Shown here: positions 30,244-38,756 of the stretch, piece after piece
How the letters are laid out: each line of letters starts with the position of its first letter
Position numbering within the stretch: the first letter of the stretch is position 1
Source of the DNA: Alphaproteobacteria bacterium
GTDB lineage: Bacteria; Pseudomonadota; Alphaproteobacteria; Micavibrionales; Micavibrionaceae
Assembly: GCA_017999645.1 (NCBI GenBank)
Contig: JAGNLJ010000007.1
Span: forward strand, 207 to 64,206
Direction of reading: 5' to 3'
Length of the DNA stretch: 64,000 nt
Position numbers and translations under genes: made by a program
Notes under the pieces: model-generated
Told to the model about the DNA's origin: nothing
The model's input: only the letters and a program-made list of their open reading frames with translations
Databases searched by the model: none

Positions 30244-31344
30244 ATGACGCTGCGCCTCGAGCTGCCCCGCTGGTACGATCTCCACGCCCATTTCCGGCAA
30301 GGGCCTCTCATGAAGGCGCTGGTTGCCGATCACCTGGCGATGGGCTGCGCGGGCATCCTCGCGATGCCGAACACGAAGCCTCCAGTCTCCAAAGTTAACA
30401 AGAAGGACCCCGGCGAAGGCTGGAGCATCGAGGAATACCTCCAGATGCTGCGCAAGGCGGGCGGCTCGAGATTTACCGACATTATAGTGCCTCTCTATCT
30501 GACGAAGGACACAACGCCTGCCATGATTGAGGCGGGGGCCAGATCAGGCCTTTTGCGCGCTGCAAAATATTACCCCCCGCACGGCACCACCGGGGCCGAG
30601 CAGGGCGCGCCCTTTCAGACCTATATAGACAATGGCGTTTTTAAAGCCATGGAGCAGGCCGGGGTGGTGCTGAATATCCATGGCGAGGAGCACGGGCTGG
30701 ACGCTGTAAAGTACTTCGGCAAGACCAATGCCGAGGAGATCTTTTACAAAGAACGTCTACCTCACGCGGTCGACAAATTCCCTAAGCTCAAAATCGTCGG
30801 TGAGCACATTACCACCCGGGTGGCTGCCGAATTTATCGAGGCCGGGCCCTCTACGTTGGCCGCCACGGTCACTCCGCAGCATCTTATCTATACGGTCGGG
30901 CATTTGCTGAAGGGTCTTAAATACCACCTCTACTGCTTGCCGCTTCTTAAATACGAAGAAGATAGGCTGGCGCTCTGGGCGGAAGTGACGGCTGCCGACA
31001 ACACCAAGTTCTTCGCCGGGACCGACAGCGCCCCGCATGTTAAGAAATTAACGGAATGTGGCTGTGCGGCGGGTTGCTATACCGGCGGCGTCGCGCCGCA
31101 GCTTTACATTCAGGCCTTCGAGAAGGCGGGCATCAATATGGGCAGCGCGGCAGGCGTCCAGATGTTCAAAAAATTCCTGTGCACCAACGGCCCGGCTTTT
31201 TACGGCCTTCCCGTATCGAAAGAGACTTTCGTTCTCGAGAAGGTCGAGACGGAAGTGAAAGTCGGAAAGTCGTGCGTTGTGCCCCTGCCGCTCGGTGCGG
31301 CGGCTGACGGTGAAAAAGCCACACTTCACTGGCGCGTGGCCTAG
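30244..31344 (+). CDS. pyrC: Dihydroorotase (E. coli-type class II)
   Basis: DLHAHFRQG, AMPNTKPPV and FFAGTDSAPH parallel E. coli PyrC motifs. Confidence 0.9.
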   Translation: MTLRLELPRWYDLHAHFRQGPLMKALVADHLAMGCAGILAMPNTKPPVSKVNKKDPGEGWSIEEYLQMLRKAGGSRFTDIIVPLYLTKDTTPAMIEAGARSGLLRAAKYYPPHGTTGAEQGAPFQTYIDNGVFKAMEQAGVVLNIHGEEHGLDAVKYFGKTNAEEIFYKERLPHAVDKFPKLKIVGEHITTRVAAEFIEAGPSTLAATVTPQHLIYTVGHLLKGLKYHLYCLPLLKYEEDRLALWAEVTAADNTKFFAGTDSAPHVKKLTECGCAAGCYTGGVAPQLYIQAFEKAGINMGSAAGVQMFKKFLCTNGPAFYGLPVSKETFVLEKVETEVKVGKSCVVPLPLGAAADGEKATLHWRVA

Positions 31345-34289
31345 CTCGCCATTTTCCGGCTTTCCTGCAGCAATGCCGCGCGTGTCGTTTCGAAAATGGC
31401 CGTCATATCACTGAGCTTTTCCTTGAGCATTTCAGGCGGGCAATTTTCATCGTTGGCGGCCTGTTCCATGTCTTTGGCGAGATCAGAGAGTGTGGCCGCA
31501 CCCATCCTGCGGCTTGCGGATTTAATTGTGTGGGCGGGACGAATAGCGCCCTTGATGATCCCGGTTTCGAGCGCGGTTTTGATTTCCTGCATATAGCTCG
31601 TCACATCCTCAATATAATAGGAGAGGATGGAGGTATATTTATCTTTGAGCACTTCATGCGATTCGATGACGGCGGCGATGTCCAGTACAGCGTTGGTGGA
31701 AACTGTAGACGGCACCGTTATTTCGACATACTCCTCGACGTAAGGAGGGGATGTGCGGCCATTGACCCAGGTAAAGACTTTCTCCCGAAGGTCATTCGTG
31801 CGCACCGGCTTGGAAATGTAATCGTCCATCCCGGCATCCAGACAGCGCTGGCGGTCGCCCTTCATGGCGTTGGCCGTCAGAGCGATGATCGGCAGATCGG
31901 CCCGGATCGACCCGGCTTTTTTGAGATCGCAGATTTTCCGGGTGGCTTCGAACCCGTCCATGAGCGGCATCTGGCAATCCATCAGGACGAGGTCGAAATC
32001 TCCGGTATCAACGGCTTTCAGGGCTTCCTGGCCGTTCGAGGCAATGGTGATGACGCAGCCAAGCTGCTCGAGCACGTCCTGCGCGAAGGCCTGGTTGATA
32101 CGGCTGTCTTCAGCCAGCAGGACTTTAACGCCGTCGAGGCGGACAGGCGATTCCTTGCTGTCCTGCCCGATGCCGTATGTGTCCACCCGGATCAGGCTGT
32201 CGGTTTCGCCGCCTCGATATTTGCTCCAGACAACGGCGAGCGTTTCGATCAGCGCCTGTGTTGTGATGGGTTTGGCGATGTAGGACGAAAAGCCTTTGCG
32301 TGCAAGATTGTCGGAAGTCATGGAAGGCGTTCCCGCCGACGTCAGCATAATAAGGCATGTATTGGCGAAGGCAGGCTCATCATTGATGGCGCGGGCCAGC
32401 ATCTCGCCGTTCATGCCGGGCAGCAGGTAATCGATGATCACCATTTTATACGGGTCACTCATGGCCGCCGCTTCGTGCATCGTCTCAAGCGCTTCTTCAC
32501 CGCTGAAACAGGTAGCGCAACGCATGCCGGCGAATGTGAGCTGCTCGGTCATGAGCGTATGAATAACCAGGAGGTCGTCGACAATCAAAACTTTTACGTC
32601 TTTCAGTACCGGCGGCCGAATGGGTGCCTGGGTTTCCTTGGCGTTGCGCGTGAGCGGCAGGGTGAAGGTGAAGGTCGAGCCTTTGCCCGGCTCGCTCTGT
32701 AGTGTGATTTTACCGCCCATCATTTCAACGAGACGTTTGCAGATCGAAAGCCCGAGTCCCGTGCCCCCGAAATCGCGGGTAGTGGAAGAGTCCGCCTGCA
32801 CGAATTTTTCAAATATCTTCTCATGCGCTTCCGCCGCTATGCCGATGCCGCTGTCTTCTACGCTGAAGACAAGATTGACTTTGTCGGGTTGCGGATTGCT
32901 TTTGTCCTCGCGCACGGAAACGACAACGTAGCCTTTTTCGGTGAATTTGATTGCATTGTTGATAAGATTGCTCAAAGTCTGGCGTACTCGCACAGGGTCG
33001 GCGTAAACAAATTGCTCGCTGCCCGGAACATAACGCACGGCAAGTTCCAGCGCCTTTTCCCGCGCCTTCGGCGCATAAAGTGCGCATGTGTCATCTACAA
33101 CCTGCAGCATGTTGGTCGGGACAGGGTCTAGCACCATTTTGTCCGCCTCGATTCTGGAGAAATCGAGAATGTCTTCGATGATATTCAGCAGCGTTTCGCC
33201 CGAGCTTATGATGGTTTTTGTATAGCCGCGTTGTTCAGGCCCCAGCGGCGTTTGCATCAGAAGTTCCGCCATGCCGAGCACGCCGCTCATGGGGGAACGG
33301 ATTTCGTGGCTCATGGTCGCGAGAAATTCATTCTTCAGCCTGTTGGCTTCTTCGGCGCGGAATTGAGCCTCGCGCAGTTGCTGCATGTTAAAGCTCATCT
33401 GGCGAAGATAATAGGAAGCCAAAAGCGTAAGAACAGAAAGTGCCGAAAATAAAATGTAAGGGTAATAATTATGGTGTGATTCCAGAAAAGGAGTGGTCGG
33501 TAAAAAATTAAGACGAAGTGCCCTGTTTCCATCCAGTTTTATAAAATTGGAAGCATTATAAAAATTGCTGGATACGCCGGGCTCTCTTGTTTCATAAATG
33601 CGCATGGCTTGTTCGTCTGCGTGAACGAGGTCGATGGTAACGTGGTTATAAGGCACCAAGCCGCCTGCGCCGACCGCCATTTCCGCTATTTTGCCAATAT
33701 TAATGATGCCCACGGAGAAACCGAATAATTCGGCATCTTCATTTTTATAAACCGGATGAATTAGAAGAATGTGATTGCTGCCTAGAAAATTATTGTGTTC
33801 ATCATTCCTGAAGACGGAAAGATTATTGAAGAAAGAAACGCGGCTTTTAGAATTCGCCGCCTGCTGGAGCATTGAATTGAATTCTTGGTCTTTGGAAATT
33901 TCAAGTTTATGGTCGCTGTGCGATTTCCATGGGCTGGTGGAAGAGATGGCATAAAGCGGAATATTTTGATCGTTTTCTGACGGCATAACCCAGGCCAGAA
34001 TTTCATAATTCTCGTTACGCTTCAGGAATGGCGATGTAAAAGTATGGAATTCGTCGGGATCAACATATTTTGAAGCTAAAAAATAATTTCCGATATCTTC
34101 AAGCATCTGGATATGCGTAACAACGGCATTTTCTATCAAGGATAAGTTTTTAGCCGAAATTCTTTCGAAGGCTTCCCTGCTATCGGTGCTGGTAGATTTG
34201 TATATCTCAACCGAAAACATCGCCGAGATAATCATCCCTACGAAAAAAACTATAAAATGAAGGTATTTGCCGTGAGAAAGTCGGTGCAT
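31341..34289 (-). CDS. Hybrid sensor histidine kinase (periplasmic sensor-TM-HisKA-HATPase-REC-REC-Hpt)
   Basis: H-box FLATMSHEIRSPMSG and G-box GGTGLGLSICKRLVEMMGG. Two receiver domains (IIDYLLPGMNG and LMDCQMPLMDG). The C-terminal Hpt has PAHTIKSASRRMGA. Confidence 0.9.
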   Translation of the reverse strand: MHRLSHGKYLHFIVFFVGMIISAMFSVEIYKSTSTDSREAFERISAKNLSLIENAVVTHIQMLEDIGNYFLASKYVDPDEFHTFTSPFLKRNENYEILAWVMPSENDQNIPLYAISSTSPWKSHSDHKLEISKDQEFNSMLQQAANSKSRVSFFNNLSVFRNDEHNNFLGSNHILLIHPVYKNEDAELFGFSVGIINIGKIAEMAVGAGGLVPYNHVTIDLVHADEQAMRIYETREPGVSSNFYNASNFIKLDGNRALRLNFLPTTPFLESHHNYYPYILFSALSVLTLLASYYLRQMSFNMQQLREAQFRAEEANRLKNEFLATMSHEIRSPMSGVLGMAELLMQTPLGPEQRGYTKTIISSGETLLNIIEDILDFSRIEADKMVLDPVPTNMLQVVDDTCALYAPKAREKALELAVRYVPGSEQFVYADPVRVRQTLSNLINNAIKFTEKGYVVVSVREDKSNPQPDKVNLVFSVEDSGIGIAAEAHEKIFEKFVQADSSTTRDFGGTGLGLSICKRLVEMMGGKITLQSEPGKGSTFTFTLPLTRNAKETQAPIRPPVLKDVKVLIVDDLLVIHTLMTEQLTFAGMRCATCFSGEEALETMHEAAAMSDPYKMVIIDYLLPGMNGEMLARAINDEPAFANTCLIMLTSAGTPSMTSDNLARKGFSSYIAKPITTQALIETLAVVWSKYRGGETDSLIRVDTYGIGQDSKESPVRLDGVKVLLAEDSRINQAFAQDVLEQLGCVITIASNGQEALKAVDTGDFDLVLMDCQMPLMDGFEATRKICDLKKAGSIRADLPIIALTANAMKGDRQRCLDAGMDDYISKPVRTNDLREKVFTWVNGRTSPPYVEEYVEITVPSTVSTNAVLDIAAVIESHEVLKDKYTSILSYYIEDVTSYMQEIKTALETGIIKGAIRPAHTIKSASRRMGAATLSDLAKDMEQAANDENCPPEMLKEKLSDMTAIFETTRAALLQESRKMAS

Positions 34290-34290
34290 T

Positions 34291-35244
34291 TTACCATTCC
34301 AGTTGCGGGCTGCCGCCGACGAAGGCGATGGCCTGGTTGCCCTGTTGATTGTAGGTCAGCTTGTCGAAGCTGACGGCATTGGCCTGTGCGATGCCGCGCC
34401 CATGGTTGTCCCCCGCGCGCGCCGGCTCAATCGTCATATAACGTTTCCAGTTAAAGCCATTGCCCTGGTCAGTGATGATTGCGTAGAAGCCATCTTCCTT
34501 ACGTGTGATGATGAGTTCAGCCGTGCGGCTTCCGTAGGAATCAAGTTGTTGCCTGCGCTCAATTTCGGCTAGCCACGTACCATTATCCAGCAACTGACTT
34601 TTACGCTCATAGCCAATTTCGAGATTGCCGTGTTCGACGGCATTGGTCAGGAGTTCAGCAAGTCCCAAGAGAACGCGCTCGGGATCGGGAAAGCAATGTG
34701 CTGTGAACGCGGCGAGGCATTCCGCCTCGTTAAGTGTGCGGAAATTGAATTTGCAGGTTCGGATCAGATTGAAGCTGGTGTGATGGCGTTTCAGTTCATC
34801 ACTCAAAGTTCTGTTCTGTTGCGCTTCGCGTGTCGCGGCCAGAAGAACCGAGCGCAACACATCTTCATTCACCGGCTTTGCAAGATAGTAGAACACGCCG
34901 GCCTCAAGCCCTTCCTGCATCTGTTTAACGGTCGAGGCGCCGGTTACCATGATGACAGGGATTTTGCGCAAAGCCGGGTCATCTTTAATCAAACGAACGG
35001 CGCTGAGGCCATCCATGACCGGCATCAGGCGGTCCATCAGAACGACGTCGATGCCGCCCTTCGCGCGGCGCAGGATTTCCAGCGCCTGCTGTCCGTCGGC
35101 GGCCTCTTCCATCATGTGGCCCATCTGCCTGATCTGCTCGCCAAGGAAGGCGCGCTCCAGCCTGTCATCCTCAACGGCGAGAATAGTTAGCGGGCGATCC
35201 TTGGCGCTTAGGAAAGGGATAACGTTTTCGGCAAGTTGTTTCAT
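34291..35244 (-). CDS. Response-regulator receiver fused to an RsbW/SpoIIAB-like ATPase (Ser kinase/anti-sigma-type HATPase)
   Basis: REC domain (ILAVEDD...VLMDRLMPVMDG...K). C-terminal N-box ELLTNAVEHGN, G1 DQGNGF and G2 GRGI. Confidence 0.75.
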   Translation of the reverse strand: MKQLAENVIPFLSAKDRPLTILAVEDDRLERAFLGEQIRQMGHMMEEAADGQQALEILRRAKGGIDVVLMDRLMPVMDGLSAVRLIKDDPALRKIPVIMVTGASTVKQMQEGLEAGVFYYLAKPVNEDVLRSVLLAATREAQQNRTLSDELKRHHTSFNLIRTCKFNFRTLNEAECLAAFTAHCFPDPERVLLGLAELLTNAVEHGNLEIGYERKSQLLDNGTWLAEIERRQQLDSYGSRTAELIITRKEDGFYAIITDQGNGFNWKRYMTIEPARAGDNHGRGIAQANAVSFDKLTYNQQGNQAIAFVGGSPQLEW

Positions 35245-35253
35245 AAATTCTCC

Positions 35254-36576
35254 TTATCGTTCCGTGAAGGCGGTTTTCATCGCCGTGTGAACCGGCTTGA
35301 GCAGGTATTGCAGGATGGTTTTTTCGCCGGTGATGATTTCTGCCATGGCGGTCATGCCGGGCACGACAAGGTTGCGCTGGTCATGGCCGACGTGGTTTTG
35401 TGAAAGATCGACCCGGCCACGATAATAGCGCTCGCCATTTTCACTGGTAAAAGTCGTAGCCGAGATCTGGTCCAGTTGGCCGGTGATGAAACCGTAGCGT
35501 GAGAAATCGAAGCTGCTGAATTTCACCTGTACCTTCTGGCCGGTTTTCAGGTGGCCGATATGTTGCGGCGGGATTTTTACCTCGACGATCATTTTTTCAT
35601 CCATTGGCACGATTTCCATCAAGGTTTGACCCGGCTGCGCGACGGCACCGACCGTATTGATCGCAAGACCTTTGACGAGGCCGCGAGCGGGAGAGCGGAC
35701 TTCAAGCCTGCCCACGCGGTTCTTCAGTTTTTCGATCAGTTCGGTATTCTGCGCTTTTTCGGCGATGACCTGGTCGATGCGCTCATAGGCATCGTCCTGC
35801 TGGCTGGCACCCAGAGAGCTCAGGCGGTTTTCGAATTCACTGATTTCCGCTCTTGCGCCGCCGATGCGGTTTTTAAGCTGTTTAACTTCGCCGTCGATTT
35901 CATTGAGGCGCTGTTTTGTCTCAAGAAACTGCACGTCTGAGGTATAGCCCTTGCGGTTAAGTTCCGCGCGGCGGTCATACAGGTCTTTCGTAATAGTATA
36001 ATTGCTGCGCGCCGTATCAAGCTCGGCCTGCAAGGCTGAAATCATATTTTTCTTCTGCTTGATCTGTTCCTGGATGATTTTCTGTTCTTCGCTGCGGGCC
36101 TGCACCATGGAATCGAAGAATGATTTCTGATCCTTGATCAGGGCAGCGTCTTTTATCTCCGCATCCGAAAATTTAGGCTCGCGGCTTTCCGCGAAAGCGC
36201 GGAGACGTTCTTCCTGCATGGCAAGGCTGGTTTGCTTGCTGAGGGCGCGGTTCAGGTCATCCTGCGATCCGGCGCCATCGAGAACCATCAGTACCTGACC
36301 TTTCTCGACCTGCTGGCCTTCATGGATCTTGATCTCGCGGACGATGCCACCTTCAAGGTGCTGGACGACCTGCTGGAATCCTTGCGGTACTACTTCGCCC
36401 GGCGTGCGTGCGACTTCGTTGATGTTCGTCACGCCCGCCCACGCGATGAAGGCAAAAATTGCAAGGCTGGTTGTCACCATCGTCAGTTTGATGATGGTGG
36501 GGTTTGCCGCTTCCTCAAGCTGGACAGCCTGGGAAAGATAGCGGGTTTGTTTGTCGTGCGTTTGTGATCTGGTCAT
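35254..36576 (-). CDS. HlyD-family type I secretion membrane-fusion protein
   Basis: N-terminal TM segment, lipoyl-like hairpin (GGIVREIKIHEGQQVEKGQVLMVLD), long coiled coil and beta-barrel C-terminus. AGGAGG lies 7 nt upstream of the ATG at 36576. Confidence 0.9.
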   Translation of the reverse strand: MTRSQTHDKQTRYLSQAVQLEEAANPTIIKLTMVTTSLAIFAFIAWAGVTNINEVARTPGEVVPQGFQQVVQHLEGGIVREIKIHEGQQVEKGQVLMVLDGAGSQDDLNRALSKQTSLAMQEERLRAFAESREPKFSDAEIKDAALIKDQKSFFDSMVQARSEEQKIIQEQIKQKKNMISALQAELDTARSNYTITKDLYDRRAELNRKGYTSDVQFLETKQRLNEIDGEVKQLKNRIGGARAEISEFENRLSSLGASQQDDAYERIDQVIAEKAQNTELIEKLKNRVGRLEVRSPARGLVKGLAINTVGAVAQPGQTLMEIVPMDEKMIVEVKIPPQHIGHLKTGQKVQVKFSSFDFSRYGFITGQLDQISATTFTSENGERYYRGRVDLSQNHVGHDQRNLVVPGMTAMAEIITGEKTILQYLLKPVHTAMKTAFTER

Positions 36577-38756
36577 CACGCGGCCTCCTGTTTGTTTATG
36601 GTTTCTGTAACTGCTTCACGCGCACCGGCCATCGGTGTTTCGCCGCGGCGCAAGACAACAAGCGTGTCTGCAAGATTGATGAAGTCTTCGCGGTAACTGA
36701 TCATAATGCAGGTGCGCTTGCCTTTCGTGTGGGCGAGATAATCCTTGAGATTTTTCCCCGCGCGGCTGCTGAGCAGAGCGTTGGGAAGCTCATCGATAAG
36801 CATAATAGGTGCGCTGTGGAGATAGGCGCGCGCCAGCGAAAGCCGCGTAGCAAGGCTGGAAGGCAGCGCATCGGCACCGTAACGACCGATAATGGTGCCC
36901 AGCCCGGCGGGCATGGCGGCGATCTCGTTCCAGACATCGGCCATCTGTAATGCTTTCTCGATGTCTTCCTGGCTCGCCATCGGATTGCCGAGACGGAGAT
37001 TTTCAAAAATCGTGCCCTGGAAGAAATCGGCCTGCTGCGGGATATAGGCGATCTGGCGCCGAAGGTCCGGCGCATCCAGTTGGCGGATATCGAAGCCGTC
37101 AATCTGCACGGCACCGGAAGTGGTTTTGTACAATCCTTTGATCAGTTTCAGCAAAGTTGTTTTGCCGGAACCGTTCTCACCCGTGACGATGACGAAATCG
37201 CCGGGGCGTGCGTCGAAGGTCAGGTTGTTGAAGACAGGATCGGTGTCTTCACCGTAATTAATTCCGGCGTTTTTAAAACTGACCTGGCCGCGCATTTTCG
37301 GCACGCGCGCAGCGGTGACAGCCTCCATCGCCTCAGTGTCTATATCCATGAGCTTGTTGACCTGCATGATGCTGTTGCGCAGCTGTTCAAGGCGCGGGAT
37401 CATTGTGCACAGGCTGTAGAACGGCATCAGTACGCGCCAGACGAGGATCATTGTTGCGACCAGTGCACCCGTACTCATCATGCCTGCCCAGATCATGTGA
37501 ACTCCGAAGCCGACCGTGGCAACGGCGGCAATCAGTGTAATCGCATGGGCCATCGTCTCCGCCATCATGCCAAGCCAGTTCAGGCGGAAATGTGCAAGCA
37601 TTTCGCGGCCTGAAAGCTCGCGGAACTTGGCCTGCCATGTTTTCGAAAGGCCGTTGCCACGCACGCCCTGGATTTTTTCAAAAGTCTCAATCGCGAATTG
37701 CTGGCGTGCCGAACTGGCTTTTGCAGCGAGACGGATGGTAATTTTCACTTTTTTGTGAATGCCCCACAATAGCAACCCATAACAGGCAACCATCGCCAGC
37801 GGCACAAGAACGAGCGGCCCGGCAACGGCATAAATGGCAAGCGCGGCAATGGCAACAAAGGGAAGTTCCAGCATCGACAGGAACACCGATCCGCTGAAGA
37901 AATCGCGTACGGATTCGAATGTTTTAATACGGGCGATCTGCGCGGCGACGGACGCTCGCTCAATCAGGGAGGGAGGAAGGCCGATCAGGTGGGCAAATAT
38001 TTTATTACTGACAATATTGTCCATGCGCGCGGCAAGCCATGACAGCCCCTGCGAACGGATGCGGCGGAGAACCCATTCGAATCCAATTGCAATGCACGCG
38101 CCGACAGCGAGCATCGGCAGGATTTCAGGCGCACCTGCTGCGATAACGCGGTCGTAAATAAGCATAATGAAAAGCGGCGTCGAAAGCGCAATAACATTCA
38201 GCATGAAGCAGCCCAGCAGAATCTGGCCGAATGTACCGCGGAAGCGGCTCAGCAGGGCAGAGAACCAGCTTTTGCCTGAACCTGCGCGCATAAATTTGGA
38301 AGTGACGACGCGGTTTTCATCGTAGCGCTCGAATATCCACGCTTCGCCGGTTTCAGCCGCCATATGGTCCTTTGATATTTTTTTGATATGGCCGTTGGCG
38401 TAAACTTTAAAATGCCCGCCTTTTTGTTCAAGAATGATAACAGGATGACCGCTGTCGCCGATGAACAGGCAGGGCAGCAGGCGCGGGTCTATATCTCTTA
38501 ATTGTGTTGTCACAGGGCGTGCAAAATAACCGAGATGCGCGAAGGTATTCAACGTCGATTGCTGCGTCATCTTGCCAGGGTCATAAGGCAACGCTTCAAG
38601 AAGACGGTAAGTCCTGCAGCGCGGCTCAAGTGCGAGCAGGAGCACGCAGAGGCCGCTCTCCCATTGATTTTTTTCGATGAAATTGTCACGGCCTGATTGC
38701 TGCAGGACGCCCATCATCTGTGAAACGGGATTTACTTCGGCGGTAGTATCGGTCAT
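36576..38756 (-). CDS. T1SS-type ABC exporter subunit A (N-terminal C39-like domain plus TMD plus NBD)
   Basis: 726 aa. Q-x5-C (NQWESGLC) and a downstream GHPVIIL resemble the C39 Gln/Cys/His arrangement. Walker A GENGSGKTT, Walker B IMLIDE, degenerate signature LPSSLATR, and Tyr in place of the H-loop His (ISYRE). Confidence 0.9.
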   Translation of the reverse strand: MTDTTAEVNPVSQMMGVLQQSGRDNFIEKNQWESGLCVLLLALEPRCRTYRLLEALPYDPGKMTQQSTLNTFAHLGYFARPVTTQLRDIDPRLLPCLFIGDSGHPVIILEQKGGHFKVYANGHIKKISKDHMAAETGEAWIFERYDENRVVTSKFMRAGSGKSWFSALLSRFRGTFGQILLGCFMLNVIALSTPLFIMLIYDRVIAAGAPEILPMLAVGACIAIGFEWVLRRIRSQGLSWLAARMDNIVSNKIFAHLIGLPPSLIERASVAAQIARIKTFESVRDFFSGSVFLSMLELPFVAIAALAIYAVAGPLVLVPLAMVACYGLLLWGIHKKVKITIRLAAKASSARQQFAIETFEKIQGVRGNGLSKTWQAKFRELSGREMLAHFRLNWLGMMAETMAHAITLIAAVATVGFGVHMIWAGMMSTGALVATMILVWRVLMPFYSLCTMIPRLEQLRNSIMQVNKLMDIDTEAMEAVTAARVPKMRGQVSFKNAGINYGEDTDPVFNNLTFDARPGDFVIVTGENGSGKTTLLKLIKGLYKTTSGAVQIDGFDIRQLDAPDLRRQIAYIPQQADFFQGTIFENLRLGNPMASQEDIEKALQMADVWNEIAAMPAGLGTIIGRYGADALPSSLATRLSLARAYLHSAPIMLIDELPNALLSSRAGKNLKDYLAHTKGKRTCIMISYREDFINLADTLVVLRRGETPMAGAREAVTETINKQEAA

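Noticed and set aside
31530-32702. A 390-aa plus-strand ORF opposite the hybrid kinase.
   Set aside because: It is an antisense shadow in GC-rich coding DNA, with no motifs.
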